This document shows positions 13,622 through 27,483 of a stretch of DNA of 64,000 nt, one piece after another (position 1 is the first letter of the stretch; every line of letters begins with the position of its first letter). The DNA comes from Lama guanicoe. Lineage: Eukaryota. The stretch is taken from contig MU053629.1 of assembly GCA_013239625.1 (NCBI GenBank), forward strand, positions 895,567-959,566. Reading direction: 5' to 3'. Both the position numbers and the translations under genes were made by a program. The notes beneath the pieces were generated by a model, which saw only the letters and a program-made list of their open reading frames with translations, did not search any database and was not told the origin of the DNA.

Positions 13622-14380
13622 ATGGTGGTCAGTCTCCCACGATGGCCCGCAGTGATCCTCAGCTCCTCTTACGTGTGCTCTTATGTTGCCCCTACCACAC
13701 TGAACCTGGTCTGTGTGACCAATAGAATTTGGTAGAAGTGACAGTCTGTGGCTTCCAAGGTTAGGTCATAAAAGAGATTGCTGCTTCATCCTTGGTCTCT
13801 TGGATTACTCACTCTGGAGGAAGGTAGCCACCATGTTGTGGGGACACTCACAAAGCCATGTAGAAGCCATATACAGAATGTGGCGTTCTCCCAGCACCAT
13901 ATTGCCTACATTCCTTTGGGAGTAAATTCTTCTGCACCAGATGAGCCTTCAGATAACTGCAGCCCAGCCAACATCTTGACTACAACCTCATGAGAAGCCC
14001 CAAACCACAGTTGCCCAGCGAAACCACTTCTTAATACCTGACCCATAGACGATGTGAGGGATAATAAATATAGCCACCATGTTGTGGGGACACTCACAAA
14101 GCCATGTAGAAGCCATGTGGCACTCTCCCAGCACCCAGCACCATATTGCCTGCATTCCTTTGGGAGTAAATTCTTCTGCACCAGGTGAGCCTTCAGATAA
14201 CTGCAGCCCAGCCAACACCTTGACTACAACCTCATGAGAAGCCCCAAACCACAGTTGCCCAGTGAAACCACTTCTTAATACCTGACCCATAGACGATGTG
14301 AGGGATAATAAATATTTGTTCTTGTTTTAAGCCACTACATTTTGAGGTAATTTGTTACACAGCAATAGATAACTTATACA
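13622..14380 (+). mobile_element. MaLR LTR (MLT1 family) containing an internal tandem duplication
   Basis: 5' gatggcccgcagtgatcct and 3' ttttaagccactacattttgaggtaatttgttacacagcaatagataac. Confidence 0.8.
13825..14314 (+). repeat. Direct tandem duplication, 2 x ~245 bp
   Basis: Copy 1 13825-14070 and copy 2 14071-14314 both run tagccaccatgttgtgggg...gagggataataaata. Confidence 0.97.
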
Positions 14381-17058
14381 CTTGGTCAAATGTTCCTCCA
14401 AAAGGGTAAATGAAGATACATCACTACAAACTAATGTTTGTTGCCTCTCAATTATCATTTGGCTGAGGAATGTTGCTCCCAACCATGTAGATGGTGCTAC
14501 ATAAATAAGCACTTGTTGGCTATTGGAGTAGTGATTTTAGAGCCACTGAATTCAACAATGGCTTAGAGGGCAAGGGATAGGTCACACAAGGTTAGCCAAG
14601 GCACAGGGAGACCCACCGAGGCAGATCGATGGTGGTCTCTGCAACAGGTGATCCTAGAAGTCCAGAGAGATGGGCTGGCTTAAGGGAAGTTTAGGGGTAA
14701 CCATTGGGCATCCCCGTGGCTAGTCAGGCAGATCCAGGTTTGAAGTTCTGTATTTTAAGGAGGAAAGTAGTAGACAAGTGCAAGTGGAGGGAAAAGTAAA
14801 GGAGAGGTGCCGGGACCTCAAAGGCAAGACTTCAGACTAAGAGATGACTGCAAGGTGGATCCTAGGGGGCAAGATAAAGGAACCCAGTCTTGGAGGCTTA
14901 GGGAATCAAAGTAGAAATGGTAAGCAAGTCGGAAGCCCACACCTGGAGCTCGGGCCCCGTGGACCTGAGGAGTGCAGCAAGGACACAGAAGGACCAGTGG
15001 CCAAGCTGGCTCAGTGGGTGTCTCCAGAATGGGAGCTCCAGGTCCTGCCGTTCCCCCTGCCTAAGACCTAGATTGCTCCAGGAGCCCAGAAAAAAAGCAC
15101 AGTGTGCAGAGGAGACGGTTAAAGCAGTCCCATCCCGTGAAGTGGATGGAGGTGTGGGCAGAAATCAGATCCATCTGCAATTGGAGAGAGGGATCCAGCT
15201 GGTATAAACTGTTACATCTCTTTCCTCAATGTAGAGACAGGCAAGGAGACATAAACCAAATCATGAGCTGAAACATTTGCTTATTTCAACCTCTGATCCT
15301 CCATCAAAACTGTTCTTTTGTTATTGTTACTGGTTGGTGGCCAAGCGGATTCTTGCGGTTTCTCTGTGCTTCCATCTCCCTGGCCACTTTGGGACGGAGG
15401 GTCGGGTAGATAGATTCAGACAGACAGCAGAATCTAGGCAGCCAGAGGGTGAAGAAAGGCAGATGGGCATGATGCCCTAGGGGCCGCCGGGTGAGTGTTT
15501 CGGATCAGTACTCTCCGCTGGAGAGCGACGCAGCCCCCGGCTGTCAGGGGTGCTCTCGCATGCGATTCCCTTCACAGAATGTCCTGACTCTTGAGCCTAG
15601 TAGCCCAGTCTCTCCTCCCAACTCCACCCTCACCCCTCTGCCCCCTCTCCCTTCCACCTCAGCTACCTTTTGGGTTTGACACCTGCTATGGCCCCCTTGG
15701 GCTTGGCTTTGACCCCCTCTCCACTTTGATTCCTCATCTTCCACCTGGCAAAGCATCCTGGAGCTGCTGCCCTAACACCCTTCCCTGCTCACCCGGCAGG
15801 CGGTCGAACCTTCTTAGCCGGGCACCCCTCGCACTGGTTGAGCTGTCACTACACCCACCGCAAAGTTTCCTGGTTCCTAAGTCTGAATTCACCTTGATTT
15901 GCAATGAGGGGCCTTTAACACAGTCCTTCCGTGTCAGTACCACAGGGGACGCTGTCTCTCCTTAACCACACCTTCACAGTTATCCCTTCTGTGGCCCATT
16001 GGCTTCTGGGGCAACAGACAGTGTCCCCAAAACTGATGACAGTGACAATCTGGTGATGACACTAGACTGTGAGACTCCAGTGAAGTGTCAAGGCGAGAAA
16101 CTTTATTGACAAAAAAAGAACTTAGTCCAGGAGCTCTGGAGATAATCAAGTGGAAACAAAATACAGCGTTATAAAGCCGTCACTTTCCAAAATACCTTCG
16201 CCTTCTAGAGTTTGATACTCGAACCACAAAAAGGACAACACAATGTGAATATCAAGCTCAAGTCCAAATTCCCCTTCCGACACTCTAGAGACCACTTCCT
16301 GTGGCTTGGTGGCATCTTTTACTTTTTTCAAATTTATTAAAGACGCACATTTTCCAGGCATTCTTCCCAAAAGCAAATCCCCCCTCCCAAAAAAAGTGTA
16401 TCACCCAAATATTGTGCAGGTTGGACCTGAGTTCAGCCTCGGCCCTCTCTTTCCCTCTCTTAATACAGAAGGTTCAGGTCCTAGCAGAGTTTTTCTATAG
16501 CAGTTTCTCTATACAGTGTTCACCATTGTAAACTGAACTCGCACAAATCTTGAGCTGTAAGAACTGTTTCTACTGAAAATGTTTCTGAACTAAATCAAGT
16601 TGGGCTCTGAGCCCTCACAGACCAAGCTCAGTGAAAAGTCCCACGATGGTCGTTTTTGGGTGGTTCATCTGCCCTCTCCCCGGGGCTTTCATGACCCAGG
16701 AGACAATATGAGCAAGTCCTCTAACTGTGGTCCCTCATGGTCCCTGTGGGAGCCCTTGGTACAAGCCTGTGGGGTCTCTTCAAAGATGGGCTTCTTCACA
16801 CACATATCCATGAGCACCAGGCCAGGCTGAGGCACAGGACAGAAGCCAAAGTTGCATGAGTGTGGTGTTTGGACCGTGGTCCTCGAGCGTCCGAGCAGTC
16901 ATCCCACGCTGGGCCCTGCCAGCCTCAGACATGAAGATCTCCCATCCTCTCCCCAACCCAAGCCCCAAGGCCCTGATCCCTTTTCCTCTAGGACAACCAA
17001 GCCTTTCTCCTTTTTTTCCCCCAAAAAAGCCCAGGTGCTTTTCCTCTTGCCCCTGGAA

Positions 17059-17059
<1 letters not shown>

Positions 17060-17097
<38 letters not shown>
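17060..17097. repeat. (CA)n microsatellite
   Basis: Perfect CA run. Confidence 0.97.
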
Positions 17098-17099
<2 letters not shown>

Positions 17100-17582
17100 T
17101 GAAGCTGTTCCTTATCGTCCCTCCATCCCCACCCCATCTCCCGAGGCCAGATGTGCAGGACCCGACACCAGGATGGCTGTGCGCCCTCTCGGTGAATCTT
17201 GAGGGAGAATTACTTCTCGCCTGCAGCAGACGCTCTGTTTTCAATAACTTGATTGTTAATTGGTGATCACCTTTCCACATTCTTGGCTCTAAAATAGCCT
17301 ACACTTTTACAGCAGAAGGTCCACGGGATAGAACTCACAAAACAGGGGCTCAGCACAGCCTGGTGTACGTGGATCGAAGGAGTGTGTGAAGCCTGCCTTA
17401 GCTTCTTTCAGCCCTGTGAGATCTGGCGCAGTACAATTTCAGGAACAGAGATAAGACTTTTAAAAAAACTAGGCTCAGGGACTGGCTCATGCCAGGGACA
17501 GATATACCTTCCTGAGCATTTGTCTATTTCGTGTGTTGAAACTGTTGCGGGTTTGTCTGCCACCGTCAGAGATGGAAACAAA

Positions 17583-17712
17583 GGGGGAGGGAATTGCTCA
17601 GTGGTAGAGCGCATGCTTAGCATGCATAAGGTCCTGGGTTCAATCCCCAGCACCTCCATTAAAATACATAAATAAATAAACCTAATTACCTCCCCTCAAC
17701 AAGATTAAAAAA
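17583..17712 (+). mobile_element. tRNA-Ala-derived SINE (vic-1-like)
   Basis: gggggaggg..gctcagtggtagagcgcatgcttagcatgcataaggtcctgggttcaatccccagcacctcca plus A-rich tail with cctaattacctcccc. Confidence 0.9.
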
Positions 17713-20700
17713 TAAATACATAGATGACATGGCCCCTACTCCTAAAGACTTATTTTCTAGTTGAAAAGGTCTGCACCCATGAAAAGGGTTAATAAGAGTA
17801 TAAAAGAACAATGAAAGTCATGTCCCCAGACACGTGGGTACGTCTCACCGGACTCCTGCAGCAATCCTGAGTGGTAGGTGTTATGACCTCCCATTTCGTA
17901 GTTGAGGACACTGAGGTTCAGACAAGAGATGCTGTCTTCCCGTAAGCTGTGCCTCTGGAGGTGGAAACTAACCCGAGAGCAGAGGAGGCCACGCCCAGCT
18001 GGTACCCCTCGCTAGCTGGCTCCCTCCTGACCTGCAGGCTTCCCAGCACACACCCGCAGCCTGACTCTACCTTACAAGGGCAACTGCCTCTGTAACAGTC
18101 TCTAAGTCTTAACGTTCCTGCTTTCAGGAAGTTGCTGAATCTCCCCAACACTTGCCTATAAAATGGCACTCCAGCCGCTGCCCCACTCTGTCCCTAGCCG
18201 CAGGCACCCAGTGAAGCTGAGGAAACTCTGTCAGGGGATTCTGGGGTCACACCTGTCAGTTGTCGACCCACCATCCCTGTCAAGAGACAATTTCCACGGC
18301 CCAGGTGAGAGGCACCCTGGTTTTCCAGGCTCACCGCCCACTCCGCCCATCAGTCTCCACCGTACATCAGAAGACTTCCCACTATTTCCTGAATGCTCCA
18401 CGTCCCCAGGCTTTGGCTCATGTTGAGCCCTCCTGGACTTTTCTTCCCTCCAATTATGCTTGTCCGCTCCCGCCTGCCTGTGAGAACTAGGTCTAAATAT
18501 CGCCTTCTCCTTCGCTCCTTCCTCAGTTTCTTCCATCTGTCTGTGAGCTCACCAGTCCCTGTAACACCACAGAATTTCACCTGGAGCATCTAAAGGCATC
18601 CTTGTTCATCTGCTTCTTATTTCAGTTATTTGCAGATTTGCTTAGGGACTGGGAATCAGAGTTCTGAGTCTGTGTCCAACCTCTGCCACTTATGCCTTGT
18701 GCAAAATCGGGAAACTGAGCCATAAGCAGCTCATCTGTAAAGTGGAGTTTCTTGAGGATGAAATGAGATAACAAGGAGGAAAGCGCTTGATAAATGATCA
18801 TGGGCGTTACTTGTGTTGTGCTGAACCACTACTCTCGGCTTCAGTTTGCTCATCCATAAAAATGAGGAGTAATAGCGTCTCTCCCTTGGATTTGCAGCAA
18901 GGATTAAATGGGCTCATGTATGTAAAGCACACTGAGTAGAGTTCCTGCTTCTGTCTCTGCCGCACACACATGATACAAGCAGAGCTGGGACCACAGACCC
19001 AGCATCATGCTCTTCATTCTAACTGCGAGATTGAGCAGGATTTAAGGTACCGTTGCAAACACTCCTCCCTGTGGCTGACTTTTGGAATCTGGGCAGGGAT
19101 TCCAATGCTCTGCAGTCATCATCATCATCATAAACAGTTGGTGGTCCCTGCATCCAGGAAATTAATTTTGGGAGCACAGGTCTGTGCTGGGATGGAACAC
19201 CCCTGCACAGAGGGAGGACTGCAGAGCATGTGTGTCCATAAAGCCACAGCTGATTCTCAGACCAGATGAAAGAGCCTCCATCCTGAGTTGCAGGACACTG
19301 TGTGAGAGTCAGAAATTGCCTCGAATGGCAGTTTGGGGAGCATTGGTCCTAGCCCTCCAGGGGCCATGTTATCTAACTGCTTCAGTTCAACTTTGGTGCA
19401 GGAGGTGAATACGTCAGTCTAGGGTCCAAGGATCTGCATCTGAGAGGAAAGAGAAGCCAGAGACTATCAGGGCTGGGAGAGGCCAGTGTGGACCACGATC
19501 CTGGCTGAGAACCTCAAGCCACACCCTCCCCTTCCTCGGCAGCGCTCCCTCTTTTTAGGGGGGAGCCACAGATTGTTAGCGTCATGTGTCCCTAACCCTC
19601 CAGCCGTGGTTGCTATGACCAAGCATGGACCAAGCCAGGCCAGTCAGATACTCTCTCCTGGAATTCTGGAATTGGAAATCGGATACACTGGTCAGTTTCT
19701 GTTGGGATCTTTATCCAAGAAAATTCACTTTCCTGCATAGGATACAGAGTGGAAACCAGGCAAAAGAGAATAGTTTGGGAAATTGGGACCTCATTCCAGA
19801 GAGAAACCGCTCAAGGAGGTGGCCCCACATGAGGAAGATTGCAAAAACCACTCACCAAGATACCAAACTTCTTTTGACTCATTGCTTTAGTTAATTAACA
19901 TATAACCCAGTGCCTTGCACATAGCTGCTGCTGAAAAGTTCGTTGATGCTTGAATTAGTCATCAAATACAGGTGGAGACCAAATCACAGTATAAATTTTG
20001 GGGGAAAAACACAGAGGCACTGAGTTGCTTAAAATTAGAAGCCAGTTTTATATGAAGTTCAAAAACAGACAATCAAGGTAGTAGTTACCTTTAGGGAGAT
20101 AGTATGTGGAAGGTGAAAAAAAAAGGGCTTTTGGAATGTTCTGATTTCCAGTCTAGGTGCTGTTGAGTCTGTGAAAACTCCTTTGAGTCATATTTATAAG
20201 ATATGTGTACATCTCTGTATGTGTGGTGCACATCAATAAAAAGTTTTAGAATAAAACAGAAAGGGATCAGTTCTTGACTTGCCCCCGGAGCCCACCCGAT
20301 ACACTTCTGACAGGGCTTCAAGGTCCCACCTCCCCAGTATTTTCATGCAACAGATCTGGTTAAAAGAAATAAGCAAAGTGGCCTAGAAGAGAACAGAAAT
20401 CAGAGAGCCAAGTCATGGAAGAGCAGCCTCGTTCTGAGAAGAGTCTGGGGTGAAAAGAGCTCATTGTCCTGAAGACAACTCCAAACGGCATGATACTAAT
20501 GTGTTTGGGCTAATGTTTTAGACATAGACCCGCAGAGACACAGATGTGTGGGTGCATGTGTCCATGCACCTTGGACCTTTTATAAATTCCTAATAATTAT
20601 AAAAGTAATATTTATTAGAATGTTCAACATGGCAGGCACTCTGATTTACATTCATTAATTAGCTCAATTATCACAACAACCTGATGAAGTGGGTACTATT

Positions 20701-20871
20701 ATTTATCCTTGTTTTTCAGGTGAAGAAACTGAGGCACAGAGAGGTTTAGTGACTTGGCTAATATCACACAGCTAATAAATGGCAAAATCAGGCTGGGCTA
20801 ATTCCAAAGCCTATGCTTTTTAAATAGTACTTCCCAATTCCCTAAAAATGTGCAAATAGAAGTGTGTAATC

Positions 20872-21131
20872 TTCAGGGAGGGATAAATCAGGGGGTGGAG
20901 ATTAATAGACACACATTACTATATATAAAACAGATAAACAACAAGGACCTACTGTATAGCACAGAGAACTATATTCAATTTCTTGTAATAACATATAATG
21001 GAAAAGAATCTGAAAAGGAAAATGTATATATATATGTGTGTGTGTATATATATATTACTGAATTGCTTTGCTGTATGCCTGAAACTAACATTGTAAATCA
21101 ACTACACTTTAATCAAAATTTTTTTTAAAAA
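20872..21131 (+). mobile_element. L1 3'UTR fragment
   Basis: ...aacaaggacctactgtatagcacagagaactatattcaa...; TSD agaagtgtgta on both sides. Confidence 0.85.
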
Positions 21132-22694
21132 AGAAGTGTGTACCCTTGACTTCTCTATGTGAAATATAAGACAAGAAATGTTCACTTTTGTTCATCAATA
21201 GTTTGTACTGAAGACACATCTGGTAGCAAGACAAGTGAGCTTGTTTATTTCGAGGGGTAAATGGGAGTAATTAATTTGCTGGTCATTTTCCCACGTGTGA
21301 ATGTTGGAGAGGAAGTGGCAGACATGGTGGTTCTGTCATCACACTTCATCCTCCTAAAAATTTTATGAGGTGGGTATTCTCGTCTGTAGTTTGCAGAAGG
21401 AAAAACCTTCCCCTGGAGGCTAGGAGAGATTAAAGGGCCTTCATCCCTATTCAGACTCCAGCCTGGGTAACTCTAAAGCCCAAATGGGCATTTTCACCCC
21501 TAAAAAGTCAGTCTGTCTCCTCATGTTGGTTTCTGAAATGGCTCTGGAGTTGCACAGAAGGGCTCATACGTGGCCTGGCCTTGCCCTGGACCGGGTGTGC
21601 TCGGTGACATTGTTGTTACTTCCCGGGGCTTCTGTTTCTCTTTGGCAATCCCAGGGCTCTCAGGTCCACCAGCTCAGCACGTTCCAAGAACCAATGACAT
21701 TGAACCCCCAATGCATTCCCTGTAACGGAGGAACCCAGAAACCCAGAGAGCAAGCACCAGCACTTGTGCCTGGGAGGAATGTGGCTGATGACTGAGAAGT
21801 CACAAGCTGTGCCAGCTTCCCTGGAGGAAAGAAGGACATGAGTCCCGGCTTCCCCACTGACCACACAGCTGGGGGAAGCACATCATACTCAGACGGCAAG
21901 GCTGATGGAGAGTGAGCGGAGGTGAACACAGGCCAGAGTGACCTTTGTTTCTTCTCTTCTCATAGTTGGGAAGACACTGGCTGCCGGCTTTCCTATTGCT
22001 GTTAATGACGTGCAACCACAAATTGCAACAGCACTTCTTTAATGCACATGTGCAACGTTTGTTCACTCAGTAAACATGTGTCATGGGTCTCCTCTCATTG
22101 AGCACCTGGAGGGGCGATGCAGTCTGGTGTTAAGAAGGTGAACTCTGGTGCCTGTCTGAACTGGGTTCAAGTCCTGCCCTGTGCAGCCTAGTCTGGGGAG
22201 AGTCTGCTGCTCTCATGGCTTGTTATTGCCCAGTGGACGTCCGAAGCTGGGTGCTGGGGGAGAGAGGGGTGGTCCACAAGGAGTGTTCCTGCCACGAGGG
22301 GCGTGAAGGCAAGCACATGAATAGCCTGTGGCTGTGAAATAGGAAACATGCAGAATTTGACGAGGAACCGAACAGGTGATTCAGAGTGAGCAGCACTGCC
22401 TCTTTCAAACCTGTCCTTTTGCGAGGGCTCGTATTTACGTGGAAAGCATTGTTGCTGATGGTTAAAGGAGTTTGGGAACATGTATCGACTTTTTATTACC
22501 ATTGTAAAAGTAAAACGTGTTCATTTTTGAAACTTTGAAAAGTACAGAAAGTATTTCAGATATTTCTCTTCATTCCATCAACTAAGAAACCATAGTCGAA
22601 ATTTGGCTGTATGTTCTTTTACTTGTATTTTTTCCAAAAATATTTGGAGTGCCACATTTGGAGCCTCTGTTTCCTTAGACTCTGTAACACATTC

Positions 22695-23120
22695 TTTTTT
22701 TTTTTAATTGAAGTATAGTTGATTTACAGTGTTGTGTTAGTTTCAGGTGTACAGCATAGTGATTCAGCTATACTTTTTTTTTCAGATTCTCTTCCATTAT
22801 AGGTTATTACAAGACATTGAATAACCCTCCTGTAGGAGGGCCTTGTCATTTATCTATTTTATATATAGTAGTTTGTATCTGCTAATCTGGAACTTCTAAT
22901 TTATCCCTCCCCCCAAGCCCTTACCCCTTTGGTAACCACAGTTTGTTTTCTATGTCCGTGAGTCTATTTCTTGTTTGTAAATAAGTTCATTTGTATCATT
23001 TTTTTCAGATTCCACATATAAGTGATAGCATGATATTTGTCTTCGCCTTCATTTAACATAATAATCTCTAGGTCCATCCATGTGGCTGCAAATGGCATTA
23101 TTTCATTCTTTTTTTCATGG
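22695..23120 (-). mobile_element. L1 3' end fragment
   Basis: ORF2 tail KKNEIMPFAATWMDLEII on the minus strand; poly-T; degenerate TSD tgta(a/g)caca(t/g)tctttt. Confidence 0.88.
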
Positions 23121-25098
23121 TGTAGCACAGTCTTTTGACTTTGTCTCATGAGGCAAATCCTTATCCTTTGAGGGTAGGTTGGCATTTTGGAACAGCCTTA
23201 AGGTGCCCGGAGCCAGGTATGGCAAATTTGGTAAGTGACTGAGCTGGAGGCGTGTTGCTTTTGGTCCAAACACAAGATGGTAAGGTAATGAAACTAATTT
23301 TATTAGGTGGCTTGTAAAATAGCACTAATGACAGTTCTAGTGGGCAGCCTGAAATATGAATTTGCCACAAGCAGCAACTTAGAAAGTCAGGAATTCTGAG
23401 TTGATTGTTTTTAAATTTCTGGTGTCCAGTGTTTTGCCTGGCAAATAACAGGTACTTAAAAACAGTTGGGTGCCCTGAAGGAGATGGACCACTTTATTTT
23501 TTAATTGATTTTTAATTGCTGTGTGGCTTTGGTTTGTGTACACACCAAATTATAAGACATGCAATGAGAAGATTTTTCAAATTTTCTATGATACATCCGT
23601 GAATGTATTTTAAAATAACAGTAAAGAAAAATAAGAAACCGTTAACACTTTATATAATTTGTAAAAATATTCTACTTACACAAATTAAACCTTAAAGATA
23701 CGGCTACACTCCTCTTTGACCACCATATCCAATCCTAGACCCCTCTCCCCCCAGAGGAAGTAAATTCAGTTACATGATCAATGTGCAAATTTCCAAATTG
23801 TTTTGTTTGTGTGTGTACACATCTATATTATGTATATCATACATGTCATTTTTAACTAAACTGTATCATGGGATGTGTGATTCACTGCTTGCAAGTTTCA
23901 CTCAACTAAATGAAAACTGACCACCTTAAAGGGGACAAAACTCATTTGGATATTTAAGTTCTGGTTCACTTCCTTTTGAAATAAGTTCTTCCCTTTATAA
24001 CCAGGTCTTCCATGGCATTGGGGAGAATTTAGAGTAGCCAGAGATATCAGCAGAGGCACCTAAGAACACCCACCTCTAGAAGGCTGGCCCTAGGATTTTT
24101 CAGCCCATTATTGTATGTCTGACAGTGGCACCAGGGAATGCGGTGGGCAGTATGGGCTGAGGTCACACTCCAGGATTGGAGACATCCTAAGACACACTCA
24201 TTGTCCTTCATGGCCCACAATGAAACTGTCCTCCACAAACGTAGCAGGTGTCTTGAGAACGTATTTCTATTCTCAGCTTGCCTCATCTTTAGGGAGTAAT
24301 GAGGTCAGTGAGTTGTACCCTCTATGAGAAGGATGTTTGCACCCCCCCCACATCATCATCTGGCCTAGAACATTAGCTGGATTTTGTCCCCCATCATCAC
24401 ATAGTTGATATTTTGATCTTCCTATATCATAAAAGGATTTTGCTTCAGGGAAGTACGTGAGACATTCTCTGGTTGCTTCCATCTGGCATGAACAGGAGAG
24501 GGAAAGACTGCAGTTGGGAGCCATGAGTAAACTCATCAGAACTAAAGTGGTTGGCATCGAGGTACACAGATCCGGTGGTTTTCTCCAACTTCTTCCCAGG
24601 CCAGACGTCACACACCTCAGCCAGGACCCGTAGCAGCCCCACAATCTGGGGAGGAACAAGAAAAGGCACAGAGCTGGTAATGCGATGTCTCCCGCAAGAA
24701 AAGCCTCCCTCAGATGGTATTTCAGGGCATTAGCTCAGGCGGCCTTGTCCTCAGTCATCTCGCTGGCATTTAAGTAGCCCTTGGGTTACAGATCATGGCA
24801 GGTGCGGGGAAGTAAAGAAGGCCGTGCTAAAAATACCCAGCCTCTTCTGGAACTCGGCCGGCAGCCTGAGCTCCCTCCTCCAGCGCCAAGACCTCAGAAA
24901 AAGAACAGAGAGTTTCCTTCACCTCCAGCACTAAGAAAGGTCTGGCTCCCTCCTCCACTGAACTAGCTGAGGTGGAAATGGTCCTCTGGAGAGAACAAAC
25001 TCAAAGAAGCATTTCTACTGAGCAAAAGCAATTTCGACTAAATGAAGAAAGCAGGCTCGCTTAAGGAGAAGCCAGGGTCCCAACAGAAAGTACCCGGA

Positions 25099-25196
25099 GG
25101 GGGAGGAAATGCTAGCTCAGTGGCAGTGCGTGGTTAGCAGGCATGAGGTCCTGGGTTCGAGCCCCAGTGCCTCCACTAAAAAAAAGAAAAAAAAAT
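25099..25196 (+). mobile_element. tRNA-Ala-derived SINE (vic-1-like, short)
   Basis: tagctcagtggcagtgcg...ggtcctgggttcgagccccagtgcctcca plus poly-A. Confidence 0.82.
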
Positions 25197-27483
25197 GCTT
25201 GGGGAGAAGGGATTTGCTCATCATCCAAGAAAGAGTCTTTACAAAAATAAGGATGTTTGCTGCCTGTTTTCAGTACCCTAGCCCACCCATAGGCCTCCAA
25301 ACCGAATCATCTCAACTGAAAATTAAGCTGTTGGCAGTGCACAGCACAGGAACAAAATTTTGGAATTCCTCATTCTGAACTGACCGAATACAGCGGCCCT
25401 CCTAGGGCCTGGATGAGTGGGAGCCAGACGTCAGCTGGAGCAGGAGGCACCGGGGCTGTCTGCGTCCATGGGCATGTTTGCATCAGGTTTCACGGTCAGC
25501 AGCATAAGAGGGGAGCCCTGCTCACCTCTCGGGAGGCTGCAGAGGTCACTTTCACATATGCTCCTGTTAAGAACATCAGTGGAAACTCGAGAACCTAGTA
25601 TAAAAATATAAAAATGAATAGGCAGCATTCAATACGACAGAATGCGGGAATTGCCGGGAAGCCGTGATTAAAACCATTCCGCAGCTCCGATGTGGCCCCT
25701 GAGGCTGGCTCAGGGCTCGGGACCGCGAAGCTTGTGGACTTTGTCGTTTCTGCACAGGCTCTGGCTTAAGGAAACCCTAGATGCAGTCCTGACCACATAT
25801 TTTGTCTTTGTTTTCCCCCAAACATGCTGCCTGAGTTGATTGGTGGCTCATTCCTTTGCTGACCCAAAAGTTTTGAGGGAAGAAAATGTAGATTTCTAAT
25901 GATTACCTCCAACTTCCTTGAAGGTGCTGGGAACAAAATGAATGTACTTGCCTTTCTGTCTTCATGAAGATGTCCTTTGTGTCCCATCTTGGGCTATAAA
26001 CACCAGGCTCTCCCATCAGCCATTTAGGAGTCTGAGCTGCAGTGCTGTGCTGGCCCATGTTGGGTGAGACACTCCTTCAATCCCAACTTCATTACTGTCA
26101 CCTTTTATGTTCATGTGTAGAAAAGACCTCTGGTGCTGCCCTCTCCTCTCCTCTTCACTTTATCATGTGTTGCTTTTAAACATGGAATTAAATACTAATG
26201 TAAAACCAGGTTGTGCGTGGTTCATGAAAAGAGCACCGTTGCTGGAAGCCAGGCATCCACATTCTTGTTCCTGCACAACCACCTCCTAGCTGGATGATCT
26301 TGAGTCCTCGGTGCTTTTGATTTGCTACTCTGTAGAGCGGGGGTGATGGCAATCCCTCTGATGCTGTCGTGTAAGAGGTTGTGAGGAAGAGCTAATTAAC
26401 TTGAAGATGCTTCTTCAACTTGACATACATAGGGAATATGGCTGTTCTTGAGACAACACTCACCACAAGTCGGCTTGGTTCAACCTATGCATAATTGCTG
26501 CTGTTGAAAGACAGAAGGTAAGATGTAAGACAGGAAAACTCACGGCCTTTTTCTGTCCTAGAACCATTTTGCCTGTGCAAACCCTCCAGGGAGCAAGAGT
26601 ACTCAGGGGGCGCACAGCAGATCAGGACCAGCTCTATGTCACCGAACACTGAAGGAAGACATCCACAGTGGCCTTAAGACCTTTCTCAAAGCTCCAAACC
26701 CTCCCTGGAACCCTTTCTTGGGTTCTTGATGGTAGTATCACAAATCCTCAAGAAAGAAAGCACTCTTGTGTATGGGGAAAGCACGCTGTATCTTGTTCCG
26801 TGGGACGTGACACGCTGCATTCCAAAACCCAGTGCAAGAAGCAATTGTCTCTCGCTTTAATTATAGATTCTTCACTTTCCCTTAATTGCTTGAGTCAGGA
26901 CTGCGGACTCCGGGGGAGTCATGGTACACAGGTAGAGAGGCAGTGCTGTTAAACAAGATGGGACTGTCAAGTAATGAGGTTTTTGTTTTGTTTTGTTTTG
27001 TTTTTTAAACAAACAGACCCTGATGTCCATATGTCTAGGACAGGGAGTGTTCCTGTTAAAGGTGCCACATTAGTAAGCTGTGCTCATGTTGACTCTCTCT
27101 TCTAGCCAAATATTGGGGAATGTAGTCTGGTAAGTATGGGTGCTCCTACCGGGGGGGAAGGGACAGTGAGTTTAATATTAAATCTCTCCTAGAAAACCTG
27201 CCATGTGTTTGTCGCAGCTACAGGGGGCCCAGGTAACATTTGGGACAATGGTAACATAGTTGGAAAAACACATCAAATGACACACAGAAAGAGGGTTTTA
27301 CCCTGCAACATACATAGATACTTTTCCTGGAGGAAAAGATCCATGTCTCTTACTCACATTCCTTGATCCCAGAAACTCTAGTTAAATGCCTTGTACGTAA
27401 AAGGTGTTCAATAAATATTTGTGGGACATTTGTCCTTCCTGATCACAATACTTATATTCATTCTTCAGAAAATAAAAGAGTCC

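Noticed and set aside
13825..14314. Direct repeats considered as CRISPR-like or as paired LTRs of a provirus
   Set aside because: Only two abutting ~245-bp copies with no spacer or internal region; eukaryotic context
17583..17660. tRNA-Ala-like sequence with A and B boxes
   Set aside because: Followed by a SINE tail and present as several diverged copies, so a SINE head rather than a tRNA gene
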